Assembly: GCA_024679065.1 (NCBI GenBank)
Contig: JAGIQG010000019.1
Coordinates: 34,100,001 to 34,164,000, forward strand
DNA length: 64,000 nucleotides
From: Sphyrna mokarran
Lineage: Eukaryota
Direction: 5' to 3'
Position 1 is the first letter of the stretch. The number at the start of each line of letters is the position of its first letter. The position numbers and the translations under genes are program-made. Positions 10,552-23,474 of this stretch are shown in pieces. The notes under the pieces were generated by a model. It had not been told where the DNA came from. It did no database searches and was given only the letters and a program-made list of their open reading frames with translations.

Positions 10552-11524
10552 GTGGGATTTGCTGCATTCCTGATTCCCTTATTTTTCCTTTGTGAAACAT
10601 CCAGCTATATACTGAGCTGGGGTTATAATGCTGCACAGATGATCGGGAATTTGTATTTTGCCTTGAGAACCTTTCACACTGCTTCTGCCGTCCCCTATGA
10701 ATCTGTCCAGTTTAACAGCTTGTTTCAGTGTTGCTAGCTTAGCCTCAGCACCTTCAATCTTTGTCATACTTGCAACATGATGAGGAACCATTGTTATATC
10801 TGTGTTGTACAGATGGACAGGGTGAATTTATGCTTCACCACAGACAACGTTCTATTCATCATGCTTCTCATTATTGCAGGCAGCAGGACTGCAGCTAGGA
10901 AGAGACAACAGAATGGCCAATTGCATTTTTCTTGAAAACTGACTGTTATGCCAAACACTGGTGTAAAAATATGGTTGACACATTTCCCTGTTTTTGCAAA
11001 TATTTCAGGGCGAAATATGCAACTGCTCTGGAAAGCGAGGTTTATTAGATAGGGACAGAATTCTTGTTAAAAGCAGTTACATGCCGAAAGCATCGGAGCC
11101 TTTCTCTCCAGTGCAATTTTTCCAACAGACTGGAAAGGTAATGTTTTAAAAAATGTAGTCAGAATGTGCCCATGTCAATACTTGGCAGAAAATACCATTT
11201 CAATTTGCGTGTGAGCACTTGTATCTCTGTCAGCGCCTGCGAAACACGTGTTTGCACACGTGTGCGTATGTGTAAATGTGCACGTGTGCACGCAAATGAA
11301 TGACCACAGACCTCGTTACGTGTGAGTTGATCTGCCTACACAAATTCACATGTCCAGCTATTGATGCAAAAGAAAACTATTCCTGTCACGGTATGTACAA
11401 TACTGATATTCTCAGATACAGGAACAATGTGAATGCCATGCTAAGTAATGGCATCAACATTCATAATGGCAATACATACAACAAAACTGTTTGTCCTTTT
11501 CAGGACCCTGTGTGTTCATCTCTC

Positions 11525-12530
11525 TAACATATGGAATGGGATTCACTTTCCATTGACTGTATCTACTATCTTGTCCTCCATTTTTTGTAATGGCATTTAT
11601 AATATTTATCCCTTTACATAACAAAATTAATCATTCACCTTTGATTGTACGGAACAGTATTCACTGACCATTCCTCTATTGTATAGAACAAGATTCATAG
11701 CCCCTTCTTTTTGTTGTATGCAACAGTACTCAATGCCTGTTTCTGTATTGTATAAGAAGATTCACTTCCTGTTCAGCCATTATATATGACAATATTCAAT
11801 GCCCATTTCTCTACTATATGTAATAGTGAATATGTTATATTCACTGTCCCTTCCTCTATTGCATAAAGGAATATTCGCTACTTGTTCCTCCATTTTACAT
11901 GTAACGGAATTCACTGTCCATTCTTCTAATGTGTAGAATAGTATTCACTATTTGTTCTTCTATAATATATAACTGGATTCACCATCCATTCCTCTATTGT
12001 ATGAAGCTATGTTGTTCCTTTATTATATATAACAGAATTCACTGTACGTTCCTCCAATTTATAAAACAGTATTCGCTACTCATTCCTCAGATTCACTGTC
12101 TATTTCTCTAGTGTATAAAACTACTCATTTCGCTACTCATTTCTCTATTATATATCATAATTTTATAGGACAATATTCACTACAAGTTCCTCTATTATAT
12201 GTAACAGGACTCACTGTCCCTTCCTTTATTGTACAAAAGAATATTCATACTCATTCCTCTATTACATATAACAAGATTCACTGACCCTTCTCCTGTTTCA
12301 TAGGACAGTAATCACTGCCCGTTCCTCTATTGTATAGAGGTTTCATTATTCATCCTGTTGTTTAATAGGATTAACTATTTGTCTGCCCATTATATAAAAT
12401 GGGATTCATGGTTTATCCATTTGTTAAAAATAAGGTTCATGGTCTGCCCCCTCATGTATATAATGGGATTAAATATCAATTTCTCTATTGCTTAAGGGCA
12501 TTCATAGTCTGACTTTCCACTGTATATTTT
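11525..12530. repeat. Degenerate ~34-bp tandem array, block 1
   Basis: Units resemble taacaggattcactgtccattcctctattgtata. Confidence 0.85.
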
Positions 12531-15205
12531 TTCCGGTCATGGAGCATGAATGTCACTGACAAAGCAAGCATTTATTGTCTATCCCTAATGGCCTTCGAGA
12601 AAGTGGTGATAAGCTGCCTTCCTGAACAGCTGTGATCCACTTGGTACAGGTACAATGCACAGTGCTGTTAGAGAGAGAATTCCAGGAGCTTGACCAGTGA
12701 CAGTGAAGGAATGGCAATATGGTTCCAGTTAGGATGATGTCTGAGTTGGAGGTGTATTTGCAGGTGGTGGTGATCCCATGCATCTGCTATTCTTGTTCTT
12801 CTAGGTGTTAGAAGTCACAGGTTTAGAAGGTGCTGTCGAAGGAATCTTGGCAAGTTGCTGCAGTGCCTCTCGTAGATGGTAAACTCTGCAGCCACTATGC
12901 ACTGATGATGGAGAAAGTGAATATTTAAGGTGGTGATCGGAATACCAATGAAGCAGACTGCTTTGTCCTGGATGGTTTGAGACTCTTGAGTATTGGAGCT
13001 GCATTTATCCAGGCAAGTGGAACGTATTCCATCACATGCCTGACTTGTGCCTTATAGATGGTGGGCAGCTTTTGGTGGGATAGATGTTCAGTTATTTGCC
13101 ACAAAATTCCCAGCCTTTACCTGCTCTTGTTGTCATAAATTTTCTGGTCAGTAGTAACTCCCACGATGTTAATGGTGAAAGACTCAGCAATGGTAATGTG
13201 GTTGAATGTCAAGGAGAAATAGTTAGAGTCTCTCTTGTTAGAGATAATCTTTGCCTGGTATCTGTGAGGTAAAAATGTTACTTGCCCCTTATTAAGTAGG
13301 TGCAGGAATGGGCCATTTGATCCTTCAAGCCTGATCCATTATTTGTTCTGATCATGGGTAATCATCCAACTCAGTAGCTTGACCCTGCCTTCCCCCATAT
13401 TCATTGATTCCCTGTGCCCCAAGAGCTATATCTAACCCCTTGAAAACAGACATTGTTTTGGCCTCAATTGCTTTCTGTGGTAATGAATTCCACAAGCTTA
13501 CCATTATCTGGCTCATCCCAATTAAGTTGTATCCAGAGATGGACTTCTTCATTAAGTAAATAATACTAAACATTGTGCAATTATCAGTGAATATCTTCAC
13601 TTTTGACCTTTTAGGTCAGGAACCGACAGGCCCCGGTGCAACCCAATGTGAATGTTGGTAAGCAGCTTATTGCTGTGTAAGTGTCACTTGATAGCATTGC
13701 CAAAGTACTTACAACATTTTGCTGCTGATTGACAATAGACTGAAGGAGTGGCAATTGGCCTGATTGGATTTGTCCTGCTTTTTGTGGACAGAATACTTCT
13801 GGGCAATTTTCCATATTGTCAGGTAAATCTATGTTATTGTATTGAAACAACTTGGTAAGAGTGCAAGTTGTTCTGAATTATACTTTCAGTACTACTGCTG
13901 GATGTTATCAGGGCCCAAAGATTTTGGTGTTTTGAGCATCATCAAACTGGTTCTTCATTATGCGTGGAATGAATTGAACAGGCTGAATACCAATGTCAGT
14001 GATACTGGTGATATCAAGAGAAGGCCAAGATGGATCTACTGGCTGAAAACAGCTATAGTTGCTTCAGCCTTGGCCTTTTGCACTAACATGTTGGACTCAG
14101 CCATTATTGAAAATGGAAGTGTTTGTGGAACAGCCTCCTCCAGTTAGTTCTTTGATTGTCCATCACCATTTGCTACTGGATGTGACAGATAGGCAGAGCT
14201 TTAATTTGATCCATTGATTGTGGAACCATTTAGCTCTGTCTATATTTTCCAGTTTCGGCGGTGTAGCATGCTTGCTGCCCTGTGTTACAGTTTCATAGGT
14301 TGGCACCTCATTTTTAGGTAACATCGATCAGATGCTGATACTGGCACCTCATTGAACCAGAATTGGTCCTTTGACTTAATGGTAATGGAAGAGTGAAGGT
14401 ACATTAGGATTAGATTACAGATTGCAATTGAATATACCTCTGTTGCTGTTGATGACCCACAAATCTTTATGCAAATTTGTTTTTGAGCTGCTAGATCTAG
14501 TCGAGCCCATCCATGTAGCATGGTGGTAGTGCTAAACAACATGATGGAAAACTTGCCTCCACAAGGACATTTGGTGGTCACTCCTACCAATATTGTCATG
14601 AATTGATGCATCTGTGACTGGTAGATTGATGAGGATAAGATCACATAAGATTTTCTGTTTTCTTTGTTCCCTCACCATCTGCTGCAGGCTCAGGTTGGCA
14701 GACATGTTCATCGTTACATAGCTAATTCAGCCAGTAGTGCTGCTACTGAGCCACTTTAATGTTGGACGTTAAAATCCTCCATCCAGAATTTACTTTGTGC
14801 CCTTGCCCAAGGAAACAAAGCAAACTCTGGATGGAGGATTTCAATGTCCAACACTAAGAGTGGCTCAGTAGCACCACTAAGGCTGAACTAGCTGTGCAAT
14901 GCATCTTCCAAGTGTTTTTTAAAGCACTGGTTCATCAAATAATGTACGGTGATGATAATAATCATAAGTACGATGTTTGCTTGTCCATTGCCCATGTTTG
15001 GCCAGGTGCCATGAGACATCATACGATGTCAATGTTGTGAGCTCATAAATTCACCCTTCCTAACAGTGCTGTCACCCCTGGTGACTCTGTGCTGCCAGCG
15101 GCATGGAACATACCCAAGGATGGTGATGGAGGAATTGGGTGTAAGGTTTGTTTTATGAAGTATTACTTTGTCAGGCTGTTGCTTGACTCTTCTTTGGGAC
15201 AGCTC
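12530..15205 (-). mobile_element. Old CR1-superfamily LINE of a second lineage (ORF2 remnants)
   Basis: Minus-strand WNSLSNSTV, then 3' end ttagggatagacaataaatgcttgc. EN-like (W)MEDFNV near 14780. Many stops. Related fragments at 44620-44880/45390-45500, 59680-59750 and 62990-63890. Confidence 0.7.
13295..13505 (-). mobile_element. Short CR1 3' end nested in LINE
   Basis: LWNSLPQKAIEAK...; 3' UTR gatcagaacaaataatggatcaggcttgaagg. Confidence 0.75.
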
Positions 15206-15214
15206 TTACACTTT

Positions 15215-16030
15215 ATAATTGGACTCACTGTCCATACTACTTGGCATATAACAGGATGTACTGTCTATCCCTCTATCCTATGTAACTGGATTCACTCACC
15301 ATTCTTCAATTGTATATAAAGAGAGCCAGTGTCTGTCCCTCTATTATATACAGTGGGATTTACTGTCTCTCCCTCTATAAGCATATATCTAGATTTACTA
15401 TCGACAGTGTATTTAACGAAATTGAACATCTCTTCCACTATTATATATAACGAGATTTAACATCGCTCCCTCCAATATATATAACGGATTCACCATCAAT
15501 ACCTTTTGTTGTTATAATAGCATTCACTGTCAGTGACTTTACTATAAATAATTGGTTTTGCCATCTACCCCTCTATTGTATCTAACAGGATTCCATGTCC
15601 ATCACTTCATTGTACACAGTGATTCACTCTCTCTCTTTCATTGTGTATAATGGTGTTTAATAATTGTCCCTCTATTGTGCATAACAGATTAATTGTCCAT
15701 TGTTTCATCATGTACAACAGGATTCACTGCCCATCCCGCTATTGTATGTAACAGGATTAAACATGCATCCTACACAACTCTTGACAGCACATAACAACAT
15801 CTAGTATCTGTCTTTTTATTGTAATATAACAAAATTTAATCAACATCTGCTTTGCTTATGTATATATTATAATTCACTGTCGGTCCACTTATTTGTGTAG
15901 AACAGGATCTGTCCTTCTATAGTATGAAACGGATTTCACAATCTGTCCCTATGTTGTACGTAACACAGTTCACCAACCAATTCACTTTTATACAGAACAA
16001 GATTCACTGAGCATTGCATAGAAAGGGCTT
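15215..16030. repeat. Degenerate ~34-bp tandem array, block 2
   Basis: Same unit as block 1 (taacaggattcactg(c/t)ccatcc...tattgtat). Confidence 0.85.
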
Positions 16031-17159
16031 TGAAGTAAATAATTATGAGACTGTTCACAAGCATGAAGATTTGGAAAGTTAAAGAGAAATAACAAGGCAA
16101 TATGCAAGGTGCCAAAAAGATGTTGATAACCAAAGTGTGGTAGGAAGGAACAGAGCGTGCAAACGTAAGAATGCACTAATCAAAATGGCAATTTATCTGA
16201 ATACATGAAGTATTTATAGCAAGAATCAGTAGCACAAATAGAAATAAATGAATAACAAAAGACAGAAAATGTTGGATAAAATCAGCAGGCCTGGCAGCAT
16301 CTGTGAAGAAAGAAACACAATTAATGTTTTGAGTCCATATGACCTTTCTACAGATATAAATGAATATGATCTGATAGCCATTCCAGAGATGCGGTTGCAA
16401 AATGGGCTAGAAACTGAATATTCAAGGGTATTTGACATTTCAGAAGAACAGGAAGAAGAAAAAAGGAGACAAGGTATCTCGCTCTGTTAGTAAAGGGTGA
16501 GATGAATACAGTTGTGTGAAATGGTGTTGGTTTGGCAGATCGAGATGTAGAATCAGTTTGAGTGGAAATCAAAAAAGGCAAAGGAAAAAAGTCACTGGTG
16601 GAATTTGTTTATAAGCATCTGACAGTAAGTACACTAGGACAGAATGGAAATTGAAACATAATGGGGGCTTCTAAGAAAGGTACTGTAATAATCATTGTTA
16701 ATGTTATTTTTCATTTGATTGAATAAATCAGATTTGCAAAGGTATTCTGGAGCATAAGTTCAGAAAGCGTATTCAGACCAATTTCTTCTAAAAATATGTT
16801 CTGAAATCTACCAGGGAGCAGGTTGTTAGAGATCTGATAACGTGTAATGAAACAGATTTAATGAATGACCTGATAGTAAAGGTTCTCCTGGATAAGAGTG
16901 ATCATAAAATGATAGAATTAACATTCACTTTGAAGTGACAAACTTGGGTCTGAAATTTAAAGGTATGAAGACAGAAGTGGCTAAAGTGGAATGGGAAAAT
17001 ATGTTAAAAGGTAAGATGGTGGAGAAGCAATGGTGGACAATTAAGGAGATATTTCATAATCTCAACAAAGGTATATTCCATTAAGGAAGAAGGAGTCCAT
17101 GAGAAAAATGTCCCATCCTTGGCTAAACAAGTCTTTTGAAGAGGTGATTGAGATAATTA

Positions 17160-17815
17160 GAACATAGAACATTACAGTGCAAAACAGGCCCTTCGGCCTT
17201 CGATGTTATGCCGACCAATTAAGAAAAAGCAATGACCCTCTAACCTAAACCATTCCCTTTTCATCCATAAACTTATCTACTAACCTCTTAAACGCCACTA
17301 AACTTGGTGCATCTACAACTGCAGCAGGCAGGGCATTCCATACCCTTACCACCCTCTGGGTAAAGAACCTACCTCTGGCATCCGTCCTATAACTACCACC
17401 CCTTAATTTAAAGCTATGTCCCCTCGTGCTAGCTTTCTCCATCCTAGGAAAAAGGCTATCACTGTCCACCCTATCTAAACCTCTAATCATCTTATATGTT
17501 TCAATAAGGTCTCCTCTTAGCCGCCTTCTTTCTAACGAAAACAACCTCAAATCCCTCAGCCTCTCTTCATAAGACCTGCCCTCCATACCAGGCAACATCC
17601 TGGTAAACCTCCTCTGTACCCTCTCCAATGCCTCCACATCTTTCTTATAATGCGGGGACCAGAACTGTACACAATACTCCAAGTGCGGCCGCACTAGAGT
17701 TTTGTACAGTTGCAACATGACGTTGCGGCTCCGAAATTCAATCCCCCTACCAATAAAAGCTAAGACTCCGTATGCCTTCTTAACAACCTTATCGACTTGA
17801 TTGCCAACTTTCAGG
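17160..17815 (-). mobile_element. Young 5'-truncated CR1 LINE
   Basis: Uninterrupted ORF2 C-terminus (ORF 17245-17718), near-identical to 36030-36695, (atgttct)n tail, and gataatt duplicated at both ends. Confidence 0.95.
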
Positions 17816-18023
17816 GATAATTGATGAGGGAAGGGCTGTGAATGTAATTTATATGGACTTTAGTAAGATGTTGACAAGGTCCTACATGGCAGACTGTTGT
17901 AAAATCTAAAAGCACATAGGATTTGAGTTGCTGGCTAGATGAATACAGAACTTGCTTGGTCATAGAAAGCAGAGAGTAGGGTTGGAAGGTTGTTTTTCAG
18001 AATGGAGATCTGTAGCCAGTGTT

Positions 18024-18630
18024 TGTCGTGGTTCCCCAGGATGACAACGAACTTTTAGTTAATCAATTGAGAGTCTGAGCCTTGATCTTCCAGGTAAAAA
18101 GACTTTATTCTCCAGTGCAAGAGAACAAAGCCAGGATGAGCGGAACAATCCAATGAGCCACTCACTCACAGTCTTTTTATGCCTGCCATAATGATTTACT
18201 CTGACATTCCTTATCTCTTCCTCAAGGTCATTCTCCTCAACCACCATTGTTGTCAAGCCCACTAGTTATCTACTTTGCTTCGGATTGGCCCCTAGTTGGT
18301 GCATTACCCACTTCATGAAACCATTGTGGTTACAGTCTCTGCCCTTGTTCAAATGTTCCTGCTTCTTCAACAATTGTGGCTTAACTCAATCAACTTAAGT
18401 CAAATAGAAAAGGTAACATATTCACTTCATTCTGCCCTTCATGATCATATTTAAGTTAAATAACTGATCAACAACCATTGTTTCCCCTACCATATTAGTC
18501 AGCATACTTTGATCACGTTAGCTAGAGTTGATTAACGTGCTGATCTCGTCATACTTTACATACGGACCTTAGTTACAAGTTTTTGTAAGAGTATGCGTAA
18601 TTACAAACTTTGTAAGAATTTATTCTCACA
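18024..18630 (-). mobile_element. Solo LTR (retroviral/LTR-retrotransposon type)
   Basis: TG...CA termini and 4-bp TSD tgtt (18020-18023 and 18631-18634). Splits a CR1 RT coding stretch (gccagtgtt|ctgcagggatcag). Minus strand has a cataaaaa TATA-like motif and AATAAA. Confidence 0.85.
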
Positions 18631-19674
18631 TGTTCTGCAGGGATCAGTGCTGGGACCTCTTATTTGTGGTATATGTATTTATATAAATGATCTGGAGGAA
18701 CATGTGGGTGGCCTGAATGCAGATGACGTGAAGTTTGATGGAGTTGCTGATAGTGCTGGGAATTGTTAGGGGATAGAAATAGATTGGAGTCTTGGGCACA
18801 GAAATGACAGATGGAGTTTAATCTGAACAAATGTGCGGTATTGCATTTTGAAGGATCAAATCTAGGTGTGAGTTATACTGTAAATGGCGGAGCTCTTAGG
18901 AACATTAATATACAGAGGGATCTGGGCATGCTGGTCCACTTTCCTAAAAATAGCAACACAGGGTGATTAAGAAGGCATGTGGCATGCTTGCCTTCAGTTG
19001 GGGCATTGAGTCCAAGATTTAGCAAATAATATTTCAGCTATATAAAACCTTGGTTAGGCCGCATTTGGAATATTGAATGCAGTTCTAGTCACCATACTAC
19101 GAGAGGACGTGGAAGCTTTGGGAGAGTGCAAAGATGATTCACTTTAATGTTGTCTGTTCTTGAGGAGGGTTGAATAAACGAGGATTGTTTTCACTGAAAT
19201 GATGGAGATTGAGGGGGGGAGGCCTGAAAGAGGTCTACAAACTGATGAGAGGCTTAGATAGTGTGGATAGTCAGAAGTTTTTCCCCTGCATGGAGGCGTC
19301 AAAGGAGCACAGATTCGAAGTGAGAGAGGAAAGTTTAAGGGAGATGTGCAGGGGAATTTTTTCACTGAGTGGTAGAGGAGGTACCAGAGGAGGTGGTAGA
19401 AACATGCATATATTAGCAACATTTAAAAGGCATCTGGATGGGTACAAGAACAGGCAGGGAATGGAGGGATGCAGACTGAGTAAGGGCAGGAGGTTGTTTT
19501 TAGTTTAGTTACAGCAACAGGGCATTAGGGCATAGGCTTGGAGGACCAAAGGGCCTGTTCTTGTGCTGTGCTTTTCTTTCTTCTTTGTTCTAAGGAAATT
19601 AAGGTTGGTACTGAATTGAAAATAAAGGTGTACAATGCTGCAAAGGTTCATAGCAAGTCAGAAGTTTAGGAAAT

Positions 19675-19896
19675 TATTAGAAATAAAGTGACTGTGAAAT
19701 TCCCCTAGCCGCCACATTCCAGTGCCTGTTTGGATCAGTGCGCCTAATCAGCATGTTTTGCAGACTGTGGGAGAAAAGCAGAGCACACAGAGGAAACCCA
19801 AGCTGACACAGAAAAAACGGTAAACCGCACACAGACAGTGACCCAAGCCAGGAATTGAGCCCAATTCCTGACACTGTGAGGCAGCAGTGCTAACCA
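19675..19896 (-). mobile_element. V-SINE, alternative-tail subfamily
   Basis: Head ggttagcactgctgcctcacagtg and tail gtggcggctaggggaatttcacagtcactttatt. Confidence 0.8.
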
Positions 19897-20411
19897 GAAA
19901 AGGATAACTAAAAAATAAAGAGAAAGAAGTTAGAATATGAGAGTATACAAGCAAGAAATTTTTAATAAGACAGTATAACCTCCTACTACCAAAGAAAAGG
20001 AAACAGAATAACTAAAGTAAACAGTGTTCCCTTAAAAGATGCGTTTGGGGAATTATTAATTGGACAAAAGAAACTGGCAAAGACTTTGAATACATCTTTG
20101 TGTCATGGTGGAAAACGTAAAATAGCTAAAGATTAGTAGAAAATTAACAGGAGAAACTTAAAATAGTTGTGACTGTAAGAGAAAAAGTACTAGGAAAATT
20201 AATGGAGCAAGTTTCTTGGATTTGTTGATCTGCATCCTTGGGTCTTGAAAGACATGGCTGCAAAGAAAGTGAATACACTGTTTTCTTCCAAAGTATCCCC
20301 AATTCTGGGAAGGTCTTTTGATTTGAAACCACAAATGTAACACTTCTATTCAGGAAAAGAGAAAAACAGAAAGCAGGAAACAATAAGCCAGTTAACCGAA
20401 TATCTGCAAAG

Positions 20412-20665
20412 GTGATATGAGAAATAACTTTTTCACACATGTGGTTCGGGTCAGGAATGCAATGCCCAGAAGTGTGGTGGAGACAGGTTCAATTGAGGCA
20501 TTCAAGTGGGTATTAGTTGATTATTTGAGTAGAAACAACATGCAGGGGTACAAGGAAAAGGCAGGAGAATGGTACCAACCTATGATGCTCGTTTGGAGAG
20601 TTGGTATTGACATGATGGACCAAATAGCTTCCTTCTGCATTGTAACAATTCTGTGATTCTGTAAT
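20412..20665 (+). mobile_element. CR1 3' end fragment
   Basis: RNNFFTHVVRVRNAMP; tail aattctgtgattct. Confidence 0.75.
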
Positions 20666-21282
20666 TGGGAAAATGCTAGAATCAATTATTAAGGAAGCAG
20701 TAGCAGAAATTGAGAAAATCACAAAAGAATCAAGCAGAATCAACATGGTTCTATGAAAGAGAAATTGTGTTTCACAATTTATTTCATAAATTTATTAGAA
20801 TTCTTTGAGAATGTAATAAGCAGAGTGGAAAAAGGGAAACCAGTAGGTGTAAAGTAGTAGAATTTCCAGAAGACACTTCATAGGTGTCATAAATAAGGTT
20901 ACTATACAAGTTAAGAATTGATGATATTTAGATTAATATGTTAGCATGAAGAGGGTTGGCTCACTAACCAAAGCAGAAAATCAGAATAAATGGACCAATT
21001 TCAGATCGCCAAAGGGTAACTAGTGCAATGTGACAGGGATCAGTGCTGTGTCTCCAATGATTTACAGTCCATATTAACGACTTGGATGGAGGGACAGATT
21101 GCATTGGAGCAGATTTGCTCACTTTTTCCTACCTACCTATAAATTAAGCTGTGAAGAGGGCACAGTCTGCAAAGGGATTTACATATGTTAAGTGAACGGA
21201 CAAAAATTTGAGAGATGTGAAGAACAGGAGGCAGAATCTTATTTAAATGGAGAGAGACTGCAGGATATTTTAGTACAAATAT

Positions 21283-22338
21283 ATCATGGAGTACAAGAGC
21301 TGGCCTTTAATGTTGCAGTTGTATAAAATGTTGGTTAGACCTCATTTGGAATACTGCATCCAGTTCTGGTCGACCTACTACTGGAAGGACGTGGAGACTC
21401 TGGAGAGAGTGCAGAGGAGGTTTACCAGGCTGCTGCCTGGTATGGAAGGTCTGAGTTACGAGGAGAGCTTAGGCAAAATGGGACTGTTTTCCTTAGAAAG
21501 ACGTAGACTTAGAGGAGATCTAATAGAGGTGTACAAGATTATGAGGGGTATAGATAGAGTAAACAGGGTTAAGCTTTTCCCTAGGATGGACTCAAATAGC
21601 ACGAGGGGTCACGGGCTTAGGGTGAGGGGGGTAAGGTATAATTTGGATGCTACAGGGAGTTTTTTCACACAGAGGGTGGTGGGGTATGGAATGCACTGCC
21701 AAGTAAAGTGGTGGAGGCAGGCACTCTGGAGTTATTTAAGAAATACTTAGATGGGCACATGAACAGAATGAGAATGGAGGGGTATAGGAAACTGATTTAA
21801 AATAGGGATCATGAGCCTTGGGAATCCCTGGGAGTGTGTAAATAGATAATGATATTGATGTACTTGTTTTTTATCCTACAGGTGCTTTGGTCCACCTTGT
21901 TGTCTAACAAGGGGCATATACGCGATGGGTCGTGAGAGGGCTGCTCTTGGATTTTTTTTTCGAGAGTATCCTAGTGCTTCATGTCGTTAGTGTACGCTTG
22001 ACTTGGACCATTTGATGGGCAACACGATAGCTCAGTGACTATCACTGTGCTGTGCAGATACATGGATTTGGGCCTGTGTCTGTGTGGGTTTGCGCATTCT
22101 CCCTGTGCTTGCATGGGTTTTCTCTAGGTGCTCTGGTTTCCTCCCACATCCCAAAGATGTGCTCTTAGGCTAATTGGTAAAACAAATTCTCCCTAAATTG
22201 TCTCAAATTTGGTTTTTAATCCATAGATCTATAAACATGGACAGGCATCGTGGGTAGAGGTGGGAACTTTGGGGTGGCGGCACGGGCTCGTTGGGCCGAA
22301 GGGCCTGTTTCCCATGCTGTTTTGTTCTTTGTTCTTTG
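21283..22338 (+). mobile_element. CR1 LINE 3' part with long 3' UTR containing a V-SINE-like core
   Basis: ORF 21286-21750 is the CR1 ORF2 C-terminus. The 3' UTR includes a V core at ~22016-22185. Tail gggccgaagggcctgtttccc...(ttgttct)n. Confidence 0.88.
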
Positions 22339-23034
22339 GTGTTCTAATACTTGAATCATGAAAAGTTAACATGCAGGTACAGCAAGTAATTAGGAAATCA
22401 AATGTAATGTTGATCTTTATTACAAGCAGGATTGAGTATAAATTAAGAGAAACCTTACTGTAACTATACAGGGCATTGGTGAGATCACACCTAATATGCA
22501 GTTTAGCCTCCTTACTTAAGGAGGCATACACTTGCAATAAAAGCAGTTCAGAGAAGATTTATTAGGTTGCTTCCTTTGATGAAGGGGTTGTCTTATGAGA
22601 AATGTATGAGCAGGTTGGGTCTATACTCTTTAGAGTTTAGGAAAATGAGAGGTGACCATATTGAAATATATCGGTTCTGACGGCACTTGTTAAGGAGAAT
22701 GCTGAGAATATCTCCCCAGTCCCGTTGGGAAATCTCAAACCTGGGGGCACAGCTTAAAAATAAGGTGTTTCCCATTTAAAATAGAGATGAGAAGGAATTT
22801 CTTTTTTCAGAGAATAACTTAGTCTCTAAAGAGCATTGGAGTCAAGTTATTAAATATATTCAAGGCCAAGTTAGACAGATTGTTGATCTGCAAGAGAATC
22901 AAAGACTATGGGAGGCAGGCAGGGAAGTGGAGTTTAGGTCACAAAATGATCAGCCATGATCTTATTGAATAGTGATGACAGCACAAGTAGCTGAATGACC
23001 TATTCCTGCTCCTATTTCTTACGATCTCATAATA

Positions 23035-23465
23035 CTCTAATGTATTTAATAGAATTCACTGTCCATTCCTTTATTGAACATGATAAGATTCACAGACCAT
23101 TCCTCTATTGTGAATAAAGAGATTCATTGTCTATATATTGTACAAAGTGGGATTCACTTTCCACCCACTATTTTATCTGAATACATTTAACATCAGCCTC
23201 TCTATTGCCTATACTGCGATTCACCTCTATTTTATATAGTAGGATTCAGTGTCCAATACTATATTGTATTTAAGCATATTCACTGTCCATCTTCCTACTG
23301 TGTATAACAGGATTTACCATCCCTTATTTTGTTTTATATAATGGGATTGGCTATTCATTCTTCTATTATAATAGATCCCTATGTTATATTTAAACAGGTT
23401 TACTGTCTGCTTCTTTATTGCATCTAATAGAATTTGCTGGCTGTCTTTCTGTTTATGAAATGAGA
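23035..23465. repeat. Degenerate ~34-bp tandem array, block 3
   Basis: Same unit (aattcactgtccattcctttattg). Confidence 0.8.
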
Positions 23466-23474
23466 TTAGAATGT

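Larger units (their letters stand above)
17130..19590 (+). mobile_element. Degenerate CR1 RT/3' half
   Basis: VIYMDFSK, QGSVLGP and LVRPHLEY motifs; tail gggcctgttcttgtgctgtg...ttctttgttct. Confidence 0.8.
16040..23030 (+). mobile_element. Old CR1 LINE (endonuclease to 3' UTR), fragmented by nested insertions
   Basis: EN motifs (YDLIAIxE, LDKSDHKMIE) at 16370-16930, ORF2 pieces at 19590-21280, and 3' part with tail at 22340-23030. Confidence 0.7.

Noticed and set aside
10164-10595. 143-aa ORF as a single-exon gene
   Set aside because: Only 10469-10551 is SHANK-like and is bounded by splice sites; the rest is microsatellite or intron read-through, apart from the ATG noted in findings.
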